DNA of 62,936 bases, counting the filler, from Octopus bimaculoides (lineage: Eukaryota), in the NCBI RefSeq assembly GCF_001194135.2. It is 9 parts of 8 records of this genome, joined end to end, with 100 filler letters (N's around TTAATTAATTAA, not from the genome) between each part and the next. Parts side by side here need not be neighbours in the genome. Positions count along the whole stretch, not along the records: positions 33,384 to 54,022 come from NW_026321095.1; positions 54,123 to 56,501 come from NW_026420597.1; positions 56,602 to 58,929 come from NC_068982.1; positions 59,030 to 61,365 come from NC_068984.1; positions 61,466 to 62,936 come from NC_068982.1; 4 more parts are not named here. One strand, 5' to 3'. The position numbers and the translations under genes were made by a program. This document shows, piece by piece, positions 53,463 through 62,936 of this stretch; the first letter of the stretch is position 1, and each line of letters opens with the position of its first letter. The notes under the pieces were generated by a model that did not search any database, had not been told where the DNA came from, and saw nothing but the letters and a program-made list of their open reading frames with translations.

Positions 53463-53580
53463 TACGACGGGCTTCTTTCAGTTTCTGTCTACCAAATCCA
53501 CTCACAAGGCTTTGGTTGGCCTGAGGCTATAGTAGAAGACACTTGCCCAAGGTGCCACGCAGTGGCACTAAACCCGGAAC
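53463..53580 (-). mobile_element. SINE family A partial head
   Basis: acgacgggcttctttcagtttc...ggtgccacgcagtgg. Confidence 0.85.
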
Positions 53581-53716
53581 CGTTAATGATATCAATAAAG
53601 TAACAATAAGGTGGCTAGCAAGTTCACACCGTTACAGGCACAATATAAGCTAAATTTAGATTCAGTAGCGTATATAATGCCACTTGCTAAAATCAGAGCC
53701 AAGGCTCCAAAAACCA

Positions 53717-54022
53717 CCAGAAACTCACAATAAAGATACATACAAGCAATGGAATGAACATATGAGAAATAGGCTTACCTTTGCGTTGAATACATCAGTA
53801 AGTAATGTATATTTCTAAAATATGCACTACATGTAGTGAATATTTTAGAAATAGATGTTAAAATGTTATTTTCAGCTGAAGATCCCAGAGTATGTTGGTC
53901 GTACAAAGGGTGAAATCAATTGGTATTGAAATATACATTACTTATTGATGTATTCAATGCAAAAGTAAGCCTATTTTTCGTATGCTCATTACTCGTGTGT
54001 ATCTTTATTGTGGGTTTTATGG
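53717..54022. repeat. Inverted repeat with arms of about 95 bp
   Basis: 53717-53815 versus 53928-54022; diverged but clearly alignable. Confidence 0.85.
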
Positions 54023-54122
54023 NNNNNNNNNNNNNNNNNNNNNNNNNNNNNNNNNNNNNNNNNNNNTTAATTAATTAANNNNNNNNNNNNNNNNNNNNNN
54101 NNNNNNNNNNNNNNNNNNNNNN

Positions 54123-54153
<31 letters not shown>

Positions 54154-54460
54154 GTAGATATATACATTTATTCAAACATACATGCATAATATATATATAT
54201 ATGCATACATACGTGATGTATGTATATAAAAATACATGCTGACATACATATGTATATACCAAGTTGCATACATGCGGCATACATATATGTATATATGTAT
54301 TCATAATGCATGTATGTATGTACGTATGTGCGTATATACGTATGTGTGTATGTATGTAAGTATATATTCATGAACGTATGTATGTATGTATGTATGTAAA
54401 ATTGAATGATTTGCCGCTTCCGTTGTTCAAGAGTGTTTTGGCATTCATTCTATATCCGTA

Positions 54461-54561
54461 GTGGAGGCGCAATGGCCCAGTGGTTAGGGCAACAAACTCG
54501 CGGTCGTAGGATCGCGGTTTCGATTCCCAGACCGGACGTTGTGAGCGTTTATTGACTGAAA
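54461..54561 (+). mobile_element. SINE family C head only
   Basis: GTGGAGGCGCAATGGCCCAGTGGTTAGGG...TTCGATTCCCAGACC. Confidence 0.9.
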
Positions 54562-54871
54562 ACGTATGTACCTATGTATGCATGTACGTATGTGAATCCG
54601 AACCTACGTATCTATGTGCGCGACTATGTTTGAATGCCTTGCTGTTCCTGTCGTACACAAGTATATAAGCACACATATATACACGGACGGATTCATTGTT
54701 ATAATACATTCTGGAATACATATACACACCGTATCTATACAAATTTACTTATCTACCTATCCATCCCTCCATCTATCCATCTAAATATCTATATACACAC
54801 ACTTATATATATATACGTCAGTCTTTCTGTCTGTCTGTCTGTCTGCCTGTCTGTCTGTCTGTCTGTCTGCC

Positions 54872-54908
<37 letters not shown>

Positions 54909-55004
54909 GAATGTATTTTTGTATATAGCTCTATAGATATTTATATATCTATAAAATCGTTTAACAATCCATCTACCCATTTATATATACATAACCACAT
55001 ATAA

Positions 55005-55054
<50 letters not shown>

Positions 55055-55864
55055 ATACATTTACATATGTATGTACACACGCACACACACACACACNNNN
55101 NNNNNNNNNNNNNNNNNNNNNNNNNNNNNNNNNNNNNNNNNNNNNNNNNNNNNNNNNNNNNNNNNNNNNNNNNNNNNNNNNNNNNNNNNNNNNNNNNNNN
55201 NNNNNNNNNNNNNNNNNNNNNNNNNNNNNNNNNNNNNNNNNNNNNNNNNNNNNNNNNNNNNNNNNNNNNNNNNNNNNNNNNNNNNNNNNNNNNNNNNNNN
55301 NNNNNNNNNNNNNNNNNNNNNNNNNNNNNNNNNNNNNNNNNNNNNNNNNNNNNNNNNNNNNNNNNNNNNNNNNNNNNNNNNNNNNNNNNNNNNNNNNNNN
55401 NNNNNNNNNNNNNNNNNNNNNNNNNNNNNNNNNNNNNNNNNNNNNNNNNNNNNNNNNNNNNNNNNNNNNNNNNNNNNNNNNNNNNNNNNNNNNNNNNNNN
55501 NNNNNNNNNNNNNNNNNNNNNNNNNNNNNNNNNNNNNNNNNNNNNNNNNNNNNNNNNNNNNNNNNNNNNNNNNNNNNNNNNNNNNNNNNNNNNNNNNNNN
55601 NNNNNNNNNNNNNNNNNNNNNNNNNNNNNNNNNNNNNNNNNNNNNNNNNNNNNNNNNNNNNNNNNNNNNNNNNNNNNNNNNNNNNNNNNNNNNNNNNNNN
55701 NNNNNNNNNNNNNNNNNNNNNNNNNNNNNNNNNNNNNNNNNNNNNNNNNNNNNNNNNNNNNNNNNNNNNNNNNNNNNNNNNNNNNNNNNNNNNNNNNNNN
55801 NNNNNNNNNNNNNNNNNNNNNNNNNNNNNNNATATCATATTTCACAATCACACAGTTGCCCACA

Positions 55865-56490
55865 CATGATGACGATGGTGATGGTGATGATGGTGATCGT
55901 GATGACGGTTGTGACGAAAATGAGGATAATAACGAACATGATGACGCTGACGACGATAATGATAGTGTTCATGATGGTGATGATGATGATGATGATGACG
56001 TTGGTAATGATTACGATGGCCCCTGCTTAGCGTGATGATAATAAGCGTTACAATGATGACGATGATGATGATGATGGCGAAGGTTTTAGCTAATGACAAC
56101 GATGACAGCCGCGAACACAATCATGATGTTGGTGACGACGACGACGATGATGATGATGATGATGATGATGACTATTGTGTTAGCGGTCAATAACGATGAT
56201 ACCGCTGCTGGTGATGATGATGATGATGATAATGATGACAATGGTCATCACTGCTACTGCCGCTGTTGCTGGTGGTGATGATGATGGTGATTATAATGAT
56301 GATGATGATGGTGATTATGATGTTGATGATGATGATGATAATGTTGATAATGATGGTGATGATGATGATGATGAAGTTGATAATGATGGTGGTGATGATG
56401 ATGATGGTGGTGATGATGAAGTTGATAATGATGATGGTGATGATGATGATGATGATGCTGATGGTGACAATGATGATGAGGATTTTGATG
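55865..56490. repeat. Degenerate (GAT)n tract
   Basis: Direct reading. Confidence 0.9.
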
Positions 56491-56748
56491 TCTGTGGGGT
56501 GNNNNNNNNNNNNNNNNNNNNNNNNNNNNNNNNNNNNNNNNNNNNTTAATTAATTAANNNNNNNNNNNNNNNNNNNNNNNNNNNNNNNNNNNNNNNNNNN
56601 NTATATATATATATGCATATACATGCATGTATTTATGTCTATATAAGTGTATGTGTATGCAGTTCAATGTGTATTTATGCTTAGATATGCTTATTTATGT
56701 ATGTGCTTCAGAAGGAATCAATACATATACACATGTGTACATGTATAT

Positions 56749-56811
<63 letters not shown>

Positions 56812-57243
56812 AATGTTGGTTGTTGATATATATGTTTGTGTATAGACAAGGTTGGGATGTCATAACTTATATACAGGTATAATTGTATCGATACTCATAT
56901 TTGCATATATGCGACGATGTTTTCGCGCATTAATTTGTATACGTCAGCATTAAGAATCCCTTTGCGAACCAGCATTATTAATACAACATATCGGGAATAG
57001 CGCAATACCATGGCGACTCATCGTAAATAAAGAAAAGAAAAACGTTTGTTTTATCTTTTAACACTTAAAAACCCGTATCCAAAAATTTCATTAGGAACTT
57101 GCCTATCGAACCATATTTAATGATTATTAAATAGCAAATGTGTATTTCTCTAATGATTTATCTTCTCGCTATACATATTGGAAACAAACACACACGCACA
57201 CATACAAACAGGTGCATGAATGCAGGTTTGTATATATACAAAT

Positions 57244-57298
<55 letters not shown>

Positions 57299-58247
57299 NN
57301 NNNNNNNNNNNNNNNNNNNNNNNNNNNNNNNNNNNNNNNNNNNNNNNNNNNNNNNNNNNNNNNNNNNNNNNNNNNNNNNNNNNNNNNNNNNNNNNNNNNN
57401 NNNNNNNNNNNNNNNNNNNNNNNNNNNNNNNNNNNNNNNNNNNNNNNNNNNNNNNNNNNNNNNNNNNNNNNNNNNNNNNNNNNNNNNNNNNNNNNNNNNN
57501 NNNNNNNNNNNNNNNNNNNNNNNNNNNNNNNNNNNNNNNNNNNNNNNNNNNNNNNNNNNNNNNNNNNNNNNNNNNNNNNNNNNNNNNNNNNNNNNNNNNN
57601 NNNNNNNNNNNNNNNNNNNNNNNNNNNNNNNNNNNNNNNNNNNNNNNNNNNNNNNNNNNNNNNNNNNNNNNNNNNNNNNNNNNNNNNNNNNNNNNNNNNN
57701 NNNATATATATATATATATATACACATATGTATACACACACAAACGGATACGGAGGTACAGAAATGCATGTGAGTGCGTGTGCGTATGTATGTGCGTGTG
57801 TGTAATAAGTGGATAACAACAGCACAGAAATTAATGTAGTAACTTCATGAGCTCACGGCTGTTTCTGCTTTAAGAATATGTGAATCACGAGTGGTGAACC
57901 AGTGCAACATAATATGAGTAAGACAGAGTCGTTTCTAAAAAGTGCTTCTTTATTTCGGAAAGCATTCGAATATTGAGTGGTGCATATAGATAATTATGTG
58001 CTATATCATGTACCTTGAAATACTGGCCCACACTTAGAAGTTACTTATATTATTTAAAACGTTTATCTCCGAATTTTTTTCTTCGCAATATTTCTTCAAT
58101 CGTCACATATAAGTATTTCAATTCCGACTTTTGATGCAATTTCGGCTTTTGATGCGCACGCGTTTCTCAAAGGTGTTTGTATTTGTATCTCTACGCAAAA
58201 ATCTGCGATAGCATGCATGTGATGTGATGTGTGTGTGTGTGTGTGCG

Positions 58248-58285
<38 letters not shown>

Positions 58286-58556
58286 GGCGTGCGCGTGCGT
58301 GTGAATATATACCAGTGTGTCTGATCAATTTCTACAACTATCATTGTGTGAATACATATGTTTATGTGAGTCCTCTGTTCCTAATAAATCAGACTGATTT
58401 TTCACCACTATTTATAATCTATATAGTGTGATGGTCACCAGTATCTTAAACTAGATTGCGTAATGTATGATATCCTTCATTCCTGTATTTAGGTTACTCA
58501 TATACATACTTAGACAGATACCCATATATCGGTTAACTTTATACTTACCTACATAG

Positions 58557-58605
<49 letters not shown>

Positions 58606-59029
58606 TACACACACACACATATATATATATATGTATGCATATACAAATATATATATGAATATACATACAAAATTAAGAGGAATCACCACCAAGGTGGACT
58701 CCTAATATGCTAAAGATAGACGTCAAATCGCCTTACCACGAAGAGTGTGTTCTCAAGAAAAATTTCAGCAAAACGCCAGAATGTAAAAATGAGCAAGACA
58801 AATGAAAATATACGAAATAAAAAAACGATTACCTACGTACCAATCGTTTCGCTTGTTAATATTTACGAATGTAAATATCAAGTTCATCAGCGTAGTCTGT
58901 TGCTTATAGAAATATATATGTGTATATATNNNNNNNNNNNNNNNNNNNNNNNNNNNNNNNNNNNNNNNNNNNNTTAATTAATTAANNNNNNNNNNNNNNN
59001 NNNNNNNNNNNNNNNNNNNNNNNNNNNNN

Positions 59030-59069
<40 letters not shown>

Positions 59070-59516
59070 CATATATACAGGTAAATATATAAACATATAC
59101 ATATATATATAGGTTTGGCTGTTCCTCCTTGGGGTCTGAGCAAAAGGTCCTCCCAGACCATCGTGGGTAATTCCGAGTCACCAGATTCTATGGAAGAAAA
59201 GAAAAGCTCTTTCATTAAAATCCTGTTCTATGCCTTGAATGAACCGTAGGAAAAGACGCCGTACTATTCTGGGTATATACCATAGTAAGTTGGTATATAC
59301 CATAGTAGGTCTAATGTTCTCGATTTGATCCGTGATCACTTTGACACTTAACGTGTGGCACATCGTACACCTATGTAATGTCGATTTGATGGAAGAGGTG
59401 AGCTAATTTACAGCACAAACATTTTGATCTCTATAAACCAACCATCGCAAACTTGTAGCTCAATAACATCTTGAGTTCTCTAATATGCGGACAACAGAGA
59501 CCACTATACATACATA

Positions 59517-60060
59517 GGAGGAGGTACCCAAAAGAAACCGGAATTTCCGATATTTTCTTATTCAGTTTTATTACTTTCAAAGTATTCTCCACCTGCAGCA
59601 TTGCGTTTTCCATTGTTCGAAGCACTTGCGAAGCGATGCCTTTTAACGCCTCCGTCGCTTTTTCTTCACCTCTTCAACATTTGCAAATTCCGTAGCTCCA
59701 GCTTTCGTCACAAGTGATGGCCTTCGAAAAAAAGTGCGGATCAATTTCCAACTGTTCTTTCAGTTCATGACACGCATTCAGTTGCAATCGTGATTGCTTT
59801 TGACCTTCCGTGAGCAAGCGAAGCACAAATTTTGCTGCAACACTTTTCATTCGCAATTCCTCGCTCAAATTTCGTAAGCAGGAGCTCCAGGACACACCAA
59901 TCATATCACCAAGTTCGTCAATTGTTCGGTGACGGTCCTCCTCAAGATTAGTTCATGAATTTTCATGGTGTTTTCATTCGTTCAGGAGATCGACGGTTGC
60001 CCTGAACGAGGTTGGTCTTCAAGCGACAACTCTTTCGGCCGCCGTTTTCACCAGCAGAAA
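59517..60060 (-). mobile_element. Internally deleted mariner
   Basis: EDQPRSG, EDRHRTIDEL, MKSVAAKFVLRLLT, AITCDESW joined directly to the C-terminal FEQWK region; TA then TIR GGAGGAGGTACCCAAAAGAAACCGG. Confidence 0.8.
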
Positions 60061-60490
60061 ACGATTTCACGGAATCATACTATTCCTTCGCTTCGACCAT
60101 CGCCAAAAATCGACGAACAGAAGCAAAACAAAGACGCACCACGTGGCAGTATGACCCCCACAGGACAACGCCGATCGGCAGAGTGAGGTCTGAGGATCGC
60201 ATCAAGTGGCTTCTAGCAGCGGAAGCCTGGATAACAACGGGCTTGTCCCACAGAGAACGTTTCTTGGTACCCTTTTGTACATACATACATACATACATGT
60301 GTTTGTGAGTGTGTGTGTGCGCGCGTGCGGTGTGTGTGTGTGTGTGTGTGAATGTGTGTGCGCGCGTGCGCGCGGTGTGTGCGTGTGTTATGTGCATACA
60401 TACATACATGTGTGTGTGTATAATACATATGTTCGTACACTCTTACATGAATGCACGTAATAGACACACGCACACACACACACAGTCATA

Positions 60491-61365
60491 TATTGGGTTG
60501 GCAACTAAGTTACGGCCGTTTTTTTTTTTAATTTAAATTCTTTAAAAGGTTTAATAAAAAATAACAACTAATTAATCAATAATGTATTCACCCTTGTTGT
60601 TTACAGCTTCTTCCCAATGTTCAACAAGATTTTCAATACCTCGTTGGTAGAAATCACCCGATTTCGACTCGAAAAATTAATCCAACCAAGCTCTCAATTC
60701 TGCATCAGTTTTGAGCGAAACTCCGCGCATAGCATTTGAAAGAGATCGAAAGAGGTGGAAATCCGTTGGTGCCAAATCAGGAGAGTACGGCGGGNNNNNN
60801 NNNNNNNNNNNNNCCTAGCCATGCGTTCGATGGCTTCCTTGGTCATATTGACGATATGAGGGCGGACAGTGTCGTGCAGCAGAACTCCATGCTGCTGATT
60901 AGGTCTTTTCTCTTGAATAGCCGTGTTGAGTCGTTCCGTCTGTTGAACATAGACTTCCGCGTTGATCGTTTGGTTCCGTTCAAGCAATTCGTAATGGATA
61001 ATCTATTCCCAGTCCTACCATACGCACAACATCGTTTTATGCGGATGAAGATCTTGTTTCACGCGCGATGTCGCTTGTTTACCGGGGCTAAACCATTCCT
61101 TACGCTGCTTCATATTGATGTACAGGCACCATTTTTCGTCGCCAGTAACGATTCGGTAAAGAAATCGTTGCTTGTGTCCATGAGTTGAGCGGTGATGAGC
61201 AAGCAAACCAGCGGAGATTGTGGCTCGTTGATTTTTGTTGTTGTCACTTAAAGCATGCGGAACACATTCTCCATACTTCTGAACCTTTCCCATCGAGTGA
61301 AGATGCTTCTTTATAGCAGTGTGGGAACATTCCATTTTCTCTGCCAGTTCCCTTGTCGTTTGACG
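60491..61365 (-). mobile_element. Mariner (mellifera-like TIR) transposase pseudogene, 5' end lost in a gap
   Basis: CVPHAL, IVTGDEKW, HDTVRPH and YSPDLAPTD motifs; stop at 60572-60574; one internal stop; TIR TATTGGGTTGGCAACTAAGT. Confidence 0.92.
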
Positions 61366-61624
61366 NNNNNNNNNNNNNNNNNNNNNNNNNNNNNNNNNNN
61401 NNNNNNNNNTTAATTAATTAANNNNNNNNNNNNNNNNNNNNNNNNNNNNNNNNNNNNNNNNNNNNATTTATTTCATGTAAAAAATTGTCTTATTTCGATA
61501 ATTTCAACCAATCACTGACAAGTATTCAGTTGTTTATATTTACTCCTTTGGCTGATTAAGCGATGTAAAGCGTATTTAATCTCCATACCTTCGTTTTATT
61601 TGCTTTTTTCATTTTAAATTTGCT

Positions 61625-61658
61625 TTAACCCTAACCCTAACGTTAGGGTTAGGGTTAA
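61625..61658. repeat. Perfect 34-bp palindrome built from telomeric motifs
   Basis: TTAACCCTAACCCTAAC|GTTAGGGTTAGGGTTAA. Confidence 0.95.
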
Positions 61659-62876
61659 TTGTTTCAGAATCGTTTGTTTATGTAGTCTTCCCAGAATTAA
61701 GGTGGCTTCATGGCAAATAAGTCGAAAGGTAAGCTACTATAAATCGGCATGAACTTTCCGGACAACCCAATATATTAATCTCTATTTTTGTAAGCAGTTG
61801 TATGTATATAGCAGGTCCGTATTTTTGTATGCAGTGTAAATTAACGAAATATAAGCAAATGAACGAAATAGCACATGAATGGAACTGCTAATTTAACGGT
61901 TAATACCACAATAATTATTACAGAGAGACAAAGAATTTTATATTTTACCTTGCAACTGCTGCGATAATTATTAACTCGTAATAGAACAGTAAATGTGTAT
62001 TGTTTTAATGGAAATGAATATAAAATTTCGTATTGACACTGGCCAGACAGCACTTCACGCATGCCTGTTGTCGACTGAGTATATCACACAAGCAACACAC
62101 AGCAAAGAGAAAGAGACAAAAATAAAATAACACGTGTTAAAATTTTTTTCTGAAAACGTTCAATGATGTTAACTGGAGTTTGGGGTTCGAGTAGACGTCA
62201 TTCCACCTTTTCATTTACCATTACCATTCTTTTCATTCGATTTTATTTTTTCCCTACTTTTGTTTTGTCTGTCCTTGTGCTGTCCCCTCTGTGTTTCGAC
62301 CCTGTGTGGTTAATAAAAAAAATCAATTGGTCAGGTATGTATACGTATGTGTGTGTGTGTGTGTTGACACTGGCCAGCCCGCACTTCACGCATGTCAGTC
62401 GTCAGGTATGTATATGTATGTATAGATGTTTGTGTGGGTGTGTTTAATACCGTACCGTATATAGTATGTCTGTATTTTTGCATGCAGTGTAAATTAACTA
62501 TATGTATGTATATATGTATGTATGCGTGTATATATGTGAGATGTATGTATGTATGTATATATGTATATATGCTTGTATATATGTGAGAGTATAGTTTCAC
62601 TGTAGTAGATTCAGTATGAAAATGAAACCATTAAAGTGAAAGTATCTGTCATTACAGTGTTGAAATGTGATTGTTTCAGTTTTGATACAGAAATAGTGGA
62701 AATGTTTCATTTTTAAAGTGAAAGTATTTGACATGAGTGTTTTTGTTTCACTTTTGACAGGTAATACTTAAATAGTGGAGGAGATATTATGTTACTGTGG
62801 GCTCGGACTAGAGACCCTAAGTAAAGCATGTGTAAAATTTGAATGAAATTGGTTGTGTAGGTCTGGAGTTTTAGGG

Positions 62877-62936
<60 letters not shown>

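Noticed and set aside
54461-54540. Possible tRNA gene
   Set aside because: It is the SINE C head and continues into SINE body sequence; no proper cloverleaf 3' acceptor strand.
28452-57825. Long ORFs in the track (poly-[13 protein letters not shown], poly-V/H/D/M)
   Set aside because: Translations of N gaps and simple repeats; no splice support or domain content.

Overview
Eukaryotic (animal) genomic DNA: AT-rich, gap-ridden and dominated by repeats. The SINE families and microsatellite load point to a cephalopod, most likely Octopus (inference, no search run). The only well-supported host gene is three splice-compatible minus-strand exons (29763-29889, 21091-21244, 20039-20102) encoding TM2-TM4 of a class B1 GPCR of the calcitonin/DH31-receptor type. 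A housekeeping-type promoter (ETS+CRE+YY1-like) with a candidate first coding exon lies on the minus strand at about 8.6-8.7 kb. The rest is three tRNA-derived SINE families, LINE remnants (RTE, CR1/Jockey-like, R4/Dong-like, CRE-like), three mariner remnants, MITE-like foldbacks and simple repeats. Almost all ORFs in the supplied track are translations of microsatellites or N gaps. The most unusual items are a tRNA-Trp 3' half ending in CCA between 18-bp direct repeats (9139-9220), a 300-bp near-perfect palindrome (6487-6787), a perfect telomere-motif palindrome (61625-61658) and a 1.5-kb degenerate GTYACA array. I found no evidence for a complete, novel multi-gene system. Repeat boundaries are approximate and family names come from motif recognition.
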